Shown piece after piece: positions 1 to 5,748 of a DNA stretch of 19,544 nt. The stretch's first letter is position 1. Each line of letters opens with the position of its first letter. The DNA lies in NCBI GenBank assembly GCA_963798485.1, contig CAWCTR010000011.1:1-19544 (forward strand), read 5' to 3'. The translations under genes and the position numbers were made by a program. The notes beneath the pieces were generated by a model that was not told the origin of the DNA, ran no database searches, and saw only the letters and a list, made by a program, of their open reading frames with translations. Origin of the DNA: an uncultured delta proteobacterium. GTDB lineage: Bacteria; Desulfobacterota; Desulfomonilia; UBA1062.

Positions 1-36
1 GGGGAACGGGGCGGTAACGCCCCCGACCTACCTGGT
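1..36 (+). mobile_element. Probable 3' end (domain VI) of a group II intron, truncated by the window edge
   Basis: GGGG-AAC-GGGGCG-GTAA-CGCCCC-CGA-CCTACC-TGGT: GNRA-capped stem with a bulged A (position 30) in CCT-A-CC a few nt before the putative end, typical of bacterial group II intron DVI. DV and the RT ORF would lie upstream of the window. Confidence 0.6.
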
Positions 37-54
37 CTTGCATATTCGCAAATA

Positions 55-83
55 TTGCATATTAATATGAAATAAGATATTTT
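55..83 (+). promoter_or_regulatory. Putative sigma70 promoter of hicBA-1 with a palindrome in the spacer
   Basis: TTGCAT (55-60), 17 bp, TATTTT (78-83); perfect palindrome CATATTAATATG at 58-69. Confidence 0.45.
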
Positions 84-101
84 CGGGTCGCGGAGGACAA
101 A

Positions 102-305
102 ATGAATCTCAAGGTAGTTCTCGAACCGAGTGATGAGGGCGGCTACACGGCATTTGTTCCTTCTCTGCCTGGTTGTATAAGTGAAGGTAACACTAAAGAA
201 GAGACTCTTAAAAATATCAGAGAGGCAATTGAACTGTATCTTGAAGAAGTCGAAGACGATTCAGTGATCGGCCCCAAAGCTGAAATAGTCAAAGTTGCAG
301 TATGA
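102..305 (+). CDS. hicB: HicB-family antitoxin (short form, no C-terminal DNA-binding domain)
   Basis: GGYTAFVPSLPGCISEGNTKEETLKNIREAIELYLE is the HicB partial RNase H fold signature; GGAGG RBS. Confidence 0.92.
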   Translation: MNLKVVLEPSDEGGYTAFVPSLPGCISEGNTKEETLKNIREAIELYLEEVEDDSVIGPKAEIVKVAV

Positions 306-529
306 CAAAGATACCCAGTGTATCTTACCAGGATCTCATACACGCTCTTCAAAGAGACGGTTGGGTTGTCGTCAGACAAAAGGGAAGTCACATCAGATTA
401 CAAAAACATACAGCTAGAGAAACTCTGAAAATCACAATCCCTGCTCATCATCCCATAAAAAGATCTACGCTCTCTCATATTCTTAAACAAGCTAATTTGA
501 CAGTTGAAGGTTTCAATAATCTATTATGA
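302..529 (+). CDS. hicA: HicA-family toxin (mRNA interferase)
   Basis: L...GW...RQKGSH motif and IP.H...IKRSTLSHILKQA; ATGA overlap with hicB. Confidence 0.92.
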   Translation: MTKIPSVSYQDLIHALQRDGWVVVRQKGSHIRLQKHTARETLKITIPAHHPIKRSTLSHILKQANLTVEGFNNLL

Positions 530-533
530 AACG

Positions 534-717
534 TGCCAACCAGCAAATCCAGCGGACCGCAAACAGCGTTCGGGCTTTCCGCAGTTCCAGCCCCGCTTCA
601 CATTGGGTGGCACATCTTGTCTTAGTGGCCCGCTATGTTTGCGCCCGCTGATCCGCACGATAAGCGGACCGCTCGCTAGCGCTCGCTTGACCTTCGGTCA
701 TCCGCTTATCGGTCGCC
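534..717 (+). repeat. attC-1 (long type) with a 52-bp hairpin inserted before a degenerate R' core
   Basis: R'' TGCCAAC 534-540; arms CAGCGGACCGCAAACAGCG / CGCTATGTTTGCGCCCGCTG; after CCGCAC comes GATAAGCGGA...TCCGCTTATC (659-710) instead of GTT. Confidence 0.85.
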
Positions 718-765
718 TCCATAAAATACATTTCATTCTAAAACCTTAATGACCAGTTGCACCCA

Positions 766-804
766 TTGACAGATAGACTAGTTATACGTATAGTGCACGT
801 ATAA
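766..804 (+). promoter_or_regulatory. sigma70 promoter and operator of the MazEF-like cassette
   Basis: TTGACA (766-771), 17 bp, TATAGT (789-794); inverted repeat TTATACGT (782-789)/ACGTATAA (797-804) straddles the -10; AAGGAGGT RBS follows. Confidence 0.8.
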
Positions 805-816
805 GGAGGTGCCGCC

Positions 817-1047
817 ATGCAGAAAAAACTGACCATAACGGTTGACGAGGAAGTTTACGAGGGACTCCGTAAAACAATAGGCCCTCGCAAAATAAGTAAA
901 TTCGTTCAAGAACTAGTCCGTCCACACGTAGTGCGCCCAAATCTCGATTCGGATTATGCTGAAATGGCAAAGGACAAAAAAAGGGAAAAGGAAGCCATGG
1001 AATGGGCCGAGACAACTTTCAAGGACATTGCCCATGAAACGGCGTGA
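817..1047 (+). CDS. Putative antitoxin (RHH/CopG-like N-terminus) of a PemK/MazF module
   Basis: KKLTITVDEEVYEGL...ISKFVQELV beta-helix-helix pattern with an acidic C-terminus; overlaps the toxin start. Confidence 0.8.
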   Translation: MQKKLTITVDEEVYEGLRKTIGPRKISKFVQELVRPHVVRPNLDSDYAEMAKDKKREKEAMEWAETTFKDIAHETA

Positions 1048-1357
1048 GGTCTGGTGGGTTAATTTTGATCCTTCCATAGGGGGAGAAATACAGAAAAAAC
1101 GTCCGGCTGTCATCGTCAGCAATGATGCATCAAACAAGTTCCTCAATCGAGTTCAAGTTGTCCCTCTGACGAGCAAGACTGATCGCCTCTATCCCAGTGA
1201 GGCATTGGTGGTCTTGGATGGTAAAGAGAGCAAGGCCATGACGGATCAGTTAGCGACTGTTAGTAAGCTGCGGCTTTTTAAACGAGTCGGAATTCTTTCT
1301 CAAGAAGATATGAGTAGAATTGAGGAGGCCATCAAGATACAGCTTGGTATTCATTAG
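1034..1357 (+). CDS. mazF: PemK/MazF-family endoribonuclease toxin
   Basis: RREVWWVNFDPSIGGEIQKKRPAVIVSND...VVPLTS...DQLATVSKLRL; start reassigned to ATG 1034 (107 aa). Confidence 0.93.
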   Translation: MKRREVWWVNFDPSIGGEIQKKRPAVIVSNDASNKFLNRVQVVPLTSKTDRLYPSEALVVLDGKESKAMTDQLATVSKLRLFKRVGILSQEDMSRIEEAIKIQLGIH

Positions 1358-1361
1358 AAAT

Positions 1362-1468
1362 AGGCCAAGCAAATCCAGCGGACGGCTTGCAGCCGCCGCT
1401 GATCCGCACGATAAGCGGACCGCTCGCTAGCGCTCGCTTGACCTTCGGTCATCCGCTTATCGGTCGCT
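1362..1468 (+). repeat. attC-2 with a damaged R'' and the same 52-bp hairpin insertion
   Basis: GCCAA-GCAAATCCAGCGGAC lacks 3 nt relative to GCCAACCAGCAAATCC of attC-1; 1396-1467 is identical to 645-716 (72 bp). Confidence 0.85.
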
Positions 1469-1492
1469 GTTGAGCTTCGCTCTAAATTGGAG

Positions 1493-1521
1493 GTGAAGCA
1501 ATTCTTCATTTATGTTATCAT
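1493..1521 (+). promoter_or_regulatory. Putative extended -10 promoter and operator of hicBA-2
   Basis: TGnTATCAT (1513-1521); palindrome TGAAG-CAATT-CTTCA at 1494-1508. Confidence 0.4.
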
Positions 1522-1542
1522 GTAATTTAGAGGGTTATAGAG

Positions 1543-1752
1543 ATGACTAGAGAGTTCAGCGTAGTTATTGAAAAAGATGAGGACGGGTACTTTGTTGCTT
1601 CTGTTCCCTCTTTGCGAGGGTGTCATACGCAAGCAAAATCACTTGATATACTCATGAAAAGAGTTAAAGAGGCAATTGAACTCTGTCTTGAAGTGGAAGA
1701 ACCAGCACAAACCGAATTCATCGGTGTTCAACGCGTGGCGGTCAATGCTTGA
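1543..1752 (+). CDS. hicB: HicB-family antitoxin (short form)
   Basis: FSVVIEKDEDGYFVASVPSLRGCHTQAKSLD.L..RVKEAIELCLE. Confidence 0.92.
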   Translation: MTREFSVVIEKDEDGYFVASVPSLRGCHTQAKSLDILMKRVKEAIELCLEVEEPAQTEFIGVQRVAVNA

Positions 1753-1973
1753 GTACCCTTCCTGCTGTAACAGGTAATCGTCTCATCAAAGCCCTTAAGA
1801 AATTGGGCTTTGATGTTGTTCGCACAAAGGGCAGCCATCATTTCCTCAAACACCCAGATGGCAGATGCACAGTAGTTCCTTTACACACAGGTGAGAATAT
1901 AGGTCGAGGGCTTATGGCTCAGATAATGCGTGATTGTGAGATAACCGCAGAAGATTTGAAGAAAGTCCTATAG
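1749..1973 (+). CDS. hicA: HicA-family toxin
   Basis: LIKALKKLGFDVVRTKGSHHFLKHPDGRCTVVPLH...IGRGL; TTG start overlapping the hicB stop. Confidence 0.92.
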   Translation: MSTLPAVTGNRLIKALKKLGFDVVRTKGSHHFLKHPDGRCTVVPLHTGENIGRGLMAQIMRDCEITAEDLKKVL

Positions 1974-2067
1974 CGATCAAGCCAATCAAGCGGACCACTG
2001 GGGCCGCTCGGCCTTGCATAACTTAACGCACACCTGTCCCCAGTGGCCGCTTATCCGCACGTTCAGT
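1972..2067 (+). repeat. attC-3 (R'' core ATC instead of AAC)
   Basis: AGCGATC...AAGCGGAC-CACTGGG / CCCAGTG-GCCGCTT-ATCCGCAC-GTTCAGT. Confidence 0.85.
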
Positions 2068-2122
2068 TTCAGCTTGTTACATATTGCAGAATGCATTTTG
2101 TTCGAGTAATCTAACATCCATC

Positions 2123-2377
2123 ATGAGCCAAATTGAGAAATTGATATTCCAGATTCTGAGCGGTGCATCTGATACGAACATAGCATTTAGAGATCTATGT
2201 CAGCTTCTTATTCATCTTGGTTTTGAAGAAAGAACAAAAGGAAGCCATCATATGTTTAGGAAGTCTGGTATTGAAGAGAAGATAAACCTACAAAAGGATG
2301 GGAATAAAGCAAAGCCTTATCAAGTTAAACAAGCCCGGGCCGTTATTCTTAAATATAAGCTTGGTGGAGAAAAGTGA
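2123..2377 (+). CDS. hicA: HicA-family toxin (HicA-before-HicB arrangement)
   Basis: NIAFRDLCQLLIHLGFEERTKGSHHMF...INLQKDGNKAKPYQVKQ; start reassigned to ATG 2123, downstream of a TTGCAG-17-TAATCT promoter (2084-2112). Confidence 0.88.
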   Translation: MSQIEKLIFQILSGASDTNIAFRDLCQLLIHLGFEERTKGSHHMFRKSGIEEKINLQKDGNKAKPYQVKQARAVILKYKLGGEK

Positions 2378-2589
2378 TGGACAGATACGAGGTAATTATC
2401 TATTGGAGCGATGAGGACCAGGCATATGTTGCAGAAGTACCTGAACTGCCAGGTTGCTCTGCGCATGGTGAAACGTACGAATCTGCTTTATCAAATGCCA
2501 AGCAAGCAATAGCTCTCTGGATTGAAACAGCAAAAGAATTCAATGATCCAATCCCTTCCCCAAAGGGTCGTCGTCTCGCCTACGCATAG
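2374..2589 (+). CDS. hicB: HicB-family antitoxin (short form)
   Basis: YEVIIYWSDEDQAYVAEVPELPGCSAHGETYESAL...AIALWIE...PIPSP; start is GTG 2374 or ATG 2377. Confidence 0.92.
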   Translation: MMDRYEVIIYWSDEDQAYVAEVPELPGCSAHGETYESALSNAKQAIALWIETAKEFNDPIPSPKGRRLAYA

Positions 2590-2596
2590 CTAAAAA

Positions 2597-2653
2597 ACCG
2601 AACCAGCAAATCCAGCGGACGGCTTTCAGCCGCCGGTGATGCCTACGTTGGCT
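2597..2653 (+). repeat. attC-4 (both cores intact)
   Basis: ACCGAAC-CAGCAAATCCAGCGGACGGCT-TTC-AGCCGCCGGTGATGCCTAC-GTTGGCT; near-identical to attC-2 without the insertion. Confidence 0.9.
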
Positions 2654-2667
2654 TCATGATGGAGTAA

Positions 2668-2928
2668 GTGATGAACAAATCAAAACACATACTAAAAGCG
2701 TCAATTCTTGAAATTGTTAACAAACAACTCAAGGCAGGTGATCCACCTGAAACAAGGCAAACCTTCAATCGTTTAATCGGTGAGGGAATATCAGAAGCAG
2801 ATGCAAAAATATATATTGGACAAGCCGTTGCCGTAGAAATATTCAACGTGATGAAACATAATGAGAGCTTTAATCTGGATAGGTATCGCAAAAACTTGTC
2901 GCGTCTTCCAGAAGAGCCATATGAGTAA
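2668..2928 (+). CDS. Small helical hypothetical protein (weak resemblance to DUF1841-like proteins)
   Basis: Single ORF filling the cassette, GGAG RBS; ILEIV..QL...DPPET..T..RL..EG motif. Confidence 0.75.
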   Translation: MMNKSKHILKASILEIVNKQLKAGDPPETRQTFNRLIGEGISEADAKIYIGQAVAVEIFNVMKHNESFNLDRYRKNLSRLPEEPYE

Positions 2929-2929
2929 C

Positions 2930-2989
2930 AGCCAACACATGCAGACCGACGCGGGCTGCCGCCCGCGCGGCTGATGCGCAGCGTTCGGC
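2930..2989 (+). repeat. attC-5
   Basis: AGCCAAC...CAGACCGACGCGGGC-TGCC-GCCCGCGCGGCTGATGCGCAGC-GTTCGGC; the R''-L'' spacer looks shortened. Confidence 0.85.
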
Positions 2990-3025
2990 TCTCAAGTTTA
3001 TGGATATGCAACAATAACATGACGG

Positions 3026-3054
3026 TTGTAAGATTACTTATTGAATAGTATAGT
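3026..3054 (+). promoter_or_regulatory. sigma70 promoter, probably giving a leaderless transcript
   Basis: TTGTAA (3026-31), 17 bp, TATAGT (3049-54); ATG 3062 lies 7 nt after the -10, with no SD sequence. Confidence 0.6.
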
Positions 3055-3061
3055 TTTTAAT

Positions 3062-3256
3062 ATGTATAGAACTGAAATTAAAAAAGCTGTAACCAAGGTA
3101 AGCTTAAAGAATCAGCCTAGCGATTTCGCATATTGGAATTCAAAACCATACTCAACACGACTCGACGCCCTTGAACAAATCCGGCAGGAGTACCATCGAT
3201 GGAGGTACGGTGCTGAACCGAGACTTCAAAGAGTTTATTCAGTCTTTAAACGATAA
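3062..3256 (+). CDS. Small protein (64 aa), putative antitoxin partner of the nucleotidyltransferase
   Basis: Paralogous to 4575-4757 (D..YW.S.P...R......R..Y...RLQRV..V..R); overlaps the NTase start by 47 nt. Confidence 0.75.
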   Translation: MYRTEIKKAVTKVSLKNQPSDFAYWNSKPYSTRLDALEQIRQEYHRWRYGAEPRLQRVYSVFKR

Positions 3257-3647
3257 CCAAGTTCGTTATTTGGTTGTGGGAGGCTATGCTGTAGCTTTCC
3301 ATGGACATCCTCGTTACACCAAAGATATTGATATCTGGGTTGAAATGACCCAAGAGAATGCAGAGAAAGTTGTCAAATCATTGGAGCAATTTGGCTTTGG
3401 TACTCTTGGATTGAGAGAAGAAGACTTTTTAATTCCTGATCAAATCATACAATTGGGGTATCCGCCCAGTCGTATTGATCTCATAAATACTCTTTCAGGC
3501 GTAGATTTCGCGACTTGCTATACATCACGCGTTCAGATCGATATAGAAGGAGTAATGGTTAATTTCATTGATCTGGAAAATCTCAAAAAGAATAAGCAGG
3601 CATCTGGTCGTCATCAAGATCTGGCAGATATTGAAAGCCTTAAATAA
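3210..3647 (+). CDS. Nucleotidyltransferase-fold protein (DUF6036/AbiEii-like superfamily), 145 aa
   Basis: YLVVGGYAVAFHGHPRYTKDIDIWV (GG...DxD), RID, and C-terminal K..SGR.QDLAD; GTG 3210 preceded by GGAGG. Confidence 0.85.
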   Translation: MLNRDFKEFIQSLNDNQVRYLVVGGYAVAFHGHPRYTKDIDIWVEMTQENAEKVVKSLEQFGFGTLGLREEDFLIPDQIIQLGYPPSRIDLINTLSGVDFATCYTSRVQIDIEGVMVNFIDLENLKKNKQASGRHQDLADIESLK

Positions 3648-3671
3648 CCATTATCAAATACAAGCCGAACA

Positions 3672-3893
3672 CTTCGATCATTCTAAGATCCACTTCCATG
3701 TTTTTCTGTACGCTGGGATCGTCGAACCGCTCTGCAACGCCTTTTCGGTTCTTCGGCTTGGCGATGCGGCCGAGAGGGTCCGGCAGGTTGTACTGGCTTT
3801 TTGTGTTCTGGATATGACCAAAGAGCTCTGCTCTTTTCCTCACCAGATGATTGCGCCGCCTGAGGAGATCTCTGGTGGCTCGCATCTTTGCCG
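3672..3893 (-). pseudogene. Internal fragment of an IS110-family transposase/recombinase
   Basis: MRATRDLLRRRNHLVRKRAELFGHIQNTKSQYNLP...GVAERFDDPSVQKNMEVDL matches the segment after the DEDD domain; no N-terminus or C-terminal domain. Confidence 0.75.
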
Positions 3894-3895
3894 AG

Positions 3896-3960
3896 AAAAA
3901 AGGGGACATCTTGCCTTTTGCCTGCCGGATTATGAAAAGCAAAAAACAAGACCCCTTTAT
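3896..3960. repeat. REP-like imperfect hairpin
   Basis: AAAGGGG-ACA-TCTTG-CC-TTTTGC ... GCAAAA-AA-CAAGA-CCCCTTT. Confidence 0.5.
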
Positions 3961-3993
3961 TTCCTGCGTTGGAGCAAAAAAAGGAGAAAAGAG

Positions 3994-4458
3994 ATGAATA
4001 ATGAGATGAGCAGTGAGAACGCGGCGGCTGTGGTTGATCCGAAACTCGTTGGAATTGGGGGATGGTTGATTTTCCTTTCGATTGGATTGGTGCTTGGCGG
4101 CATCCTATCCATCGTCGGGATAATCATGGGCGTTGCAACATTCGCCAAAGTTGCTGAAGCAGGATATGGCGGATACTTCGGTCTGAATATCGTCATCCAG
4201 ATTGGCATGTTCATTTACTTGATCGTCGCCGCCTCCCGATTTTTCGGAAAGAAGAAGTCCGCCCCCGGCACGATGATTGGGTTGATGGTCGCCGGAATTG
4301 CAACAGGAATCCTCACAACAATGGTCGCGTTTGGTGCAAACGCCGAGGCTTTCGAGGTTGAAGAGATCAAGGCATTGGTAAAACAAGTGATCGGTGCCGC
4401 GATCTGGATTCCATACTTTAGGACCTCCAAGCGTGTCGCCGCTACTTTCACGAACTAA
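3994..4458 (+). CDS. DUF2569-like membrane protein (154 aa)
   Basis: GIGGWLI N-terminal motif, about 4 TM segments, C-terminal IWIPYF..SKRV..TF; AAGGAG RBS at 3981. Confidence 0.85.
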   Translation: MNNEMSSENAAAVVDPKLVGIGGWLIFLSIGLVLGGILSIVGIIMGVATFAKVAEAGYGGYFGLNIVIQIGMFIYLIVAASRFFGKKKSAPGTMIGLMVAGIATGILTTMVAFGANAEAFEVEEIKALVKQVIGAAIWIPYFRTSKRVAATFTN

Positions 4459-4466
4459 ATGACCAA

Positions 4467-4529
4467 TTCCAACCGGGCATTAGAGGTTACGGCTCGCAAG
4501 CTTGCCGGACCTCAATGCCGACGTTCGGC
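4467..4529 (+). repeat. attC-7 (apparently intact)
   Basis: TTCCAAC-CGGGCATT(A)GAGGTTACGGC ... GCCGGACCTC-AATGCCGAC-GTTCGGC, with an extrahelical base in the left arm. Confidence 0.9.
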
Positions 4530-4574
4530 GAAAGAATTGTATCAATATGAATGAGTTCATGATAATCATTAGTT

Positions 4575-4757
4575 ATGATTAAAAAAGTTGTTCGTAAAAG
4601 CAGTCTTCATAATCTCCACTCTGCAAAAGACGATCTCTCGTACTGGTTGAGCCGTCCTGCGGAAGAACGTGTTGCAACCGTCGATTATCTGAGAAAACAA
4701 TATTATGGAAGTACAGAAAGACTTCAAAGAGTTGCTCGAGTTATTCAACGGCCATAA
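4575..4757 (+). CDS. Small protein (60 aa), putative antitoxin partner of the nucleotidyltransferase
   Basis: Paralogue of 3062-3256; preceded by TTGTAT (4537)...GATAAT (4561) with the ATG 8 nt later and no SD sequence. Confidence 0.75.
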   Translation: MIKKVVRKSSLHNLHSAKDDLSYWLSRPAEERVATVDYLRKQYYGSTERLQRVARVIQRP

Positions 4758-5151
4758 AGTTGAATACATGATTGTCGGGGCTTATGCCCTTGCATACTAT
4801 GGAGCTCCACGATTTACCGGTGATATTGATATCTTTGTTCATCCTTCGCCCGAGAACGCACAGAAAATCTTGTCAGCCTTGGCTGATTTTGGTTTTGGAT
4901 CACTAAACTTGAAAGTTGATGACTTTCAGACACCTGATTCTGTACTTCAGCTTGGCGTCCCACCTGTCCGCATTGACATCATTACTTCAATAACAGGAGT
5001 CTCATGGGAAGAAGCGGATAAAGGGAAGAGAGAAGGTCTGTATGGGGATGTCCCTGTGCATTTCCTTGGCCGCGAACAATACATAGCCAATAAACGGGCA
5101 ATCGGCCGGAAAAAAGATCTGGCTGACCTTGAATCACTTGGCGAAGAATAA
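4705..5151 (+). CDS. Nucleotidyltransferase-fold protein, paralogue of 3210-3647
   Basis: YMIVGAYALAYYGAPRFTGDIDIFV...QLGVPPVRIDII...NKRAIGRKKDLAD. Confidence 0.85.
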   Translation: MEVQKDFKELLELFNGHKVEYMIVGAYALAYYGAPRFTGDIDIFVHPSPENAQKILSALADFGFGSLNLKVDDFQTPDSVLQLGVPPVRIDIITSITGVSWEEADKGKREGLYGDVPVHFLGREQYIANKRAIGRKKDLADLESLGEE

Positions 5152-5161
5152 TATGCTGACC

Positions 5162-5215
5162 TTCCAACAAGGCGCTGCACCCGTGCAAGCGCCAGGTCGA
5201 TGGTTTGTGTTATGT
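5162..5215 (+). repeat. attC-8 (degenerate or chimeric)
   Basis: TTCCAAC-AAGGCGCTGCAC left arm and GTTATGT R' (5209); the arms do not pair with each other. Confidence 0.6.
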
Positions 5216-5232
5216 GAAGGAGATGATAAAGT

Positions 5233-5652
5233 ATGAGAGATGCGAGCAAGACAATCGGCAATCTGATCGACAAGGCAAGTGTTTCTATTATCAGTTCCGT
5301 TGATGAAGACGGCTTTCCTAATTCAAAGGCAATGCTTCCCCCTCGGAAAAGGGAAGGTATTAAGCATATCTTCTTCACGACCAATACATCCTCAATGAGG
5401 GTAAGACACTATCTCAATAACCCGAAGGCGTGCGTATATTTCTTTGATAAACGATTCTTCAAAGGCGTTATGCTCAGGGGCGCTATGGAAGTCCTTAATG
5501 ATAGCGCATCCAAGGAAATGATCTGGAAGTCCGGCGACGAAATGTATTATCCAAAGGGGGTAACCGATCCCGATTACTGCGTACTCAGGTTCACGGCTCA
5601 AGATGGAAGGTATTACAGCGATTTCAAATCCGAGAATTTTGACGTTGCATAG
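5233..5652 (+). CDS. Pyridoxamine 5'-phosphate oxidase-like / general stress protein 26 FMN-binding protein
   Basis: ISSVDEDGFPNSKAM...FFTTNTSSMRV....NPKACVYF...YYPKGVTDPDYCVLRF. Confidence 0.88.
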   Translation: MRDASKTIGNLIDKASVSIISSVDEDGFPNSKAMLPPRKREGIKHIFFTTNTSSMRVRHYLNNPKACVYFFDKRFFKGVMLRGAMEVLNDSASKEMIWKSGDEMYYPKGVTDPDYCVLRFTAQDGRYYSDFKSENFDVA

Positions 5653-5666
5653 AGAACCAAACCATC

Positions 5667-5730
5667 ACATAACCCGCGCGTCCGGGCGGACGAGGAGCGG
5701 GTGCCGCACCGCTTATGTTATACGTTGGTC
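5667..5730 (+). repeat. attC-9 (cores intact, arms poorly paired)
   Basis: ACATAAC...GGCGGAC...CCGCTTATGTTATAC-GTTGGTC. Confidence 0.7.
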
Positions 5731-5748
5731 GGCAATAAAGGGGATTAA

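Larger units (their letters stand above)
3664..3974 (+). repeat. attC-6 remnant: only R'' (GCCGAAC 3664-70) and R' (GTTGGAG 3968-74) survive
   Basis: Each core complements the correct partner core of the flanking cassettes; the interior is replaced by foreign DNA. Confidence 0.7.

Noticed and set aside
504-749. 81-aa ORF after hicA
   Set aside because: Runs through attC-1 and the hairpin insertion; no protein-like motif.
645-1467. 72-bp direct repeat as a CRISPR array
   Set aside because: Only two copies about 750 bp apart with genes between them, no cas genes, and the context is attC.
1469-1475. GTTGAGC as the functional R' core of attC-2
   Set aside because: It fits GTTRRRY but complements the cassette's R'' (AGCGATC) poorly, whereas GGTCGCT at 1462-1468 matches 6/7. 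Not fully excluded.
3640-3949. Minus-strand ORFs as intact genes or an active IS110 bridge system
   Set aside because: Only ~75 codons are transposase-like; catalytic domains, element ends and any non-coding RNA region are missing.
3568-4458. 296-aa ORF as a novel fusion protein
   Set aside because: The N-terminal half is the antisense of the IS110 fragment plus a hairpin; the real gene starts at ATG 3994 behind a strong RBS.
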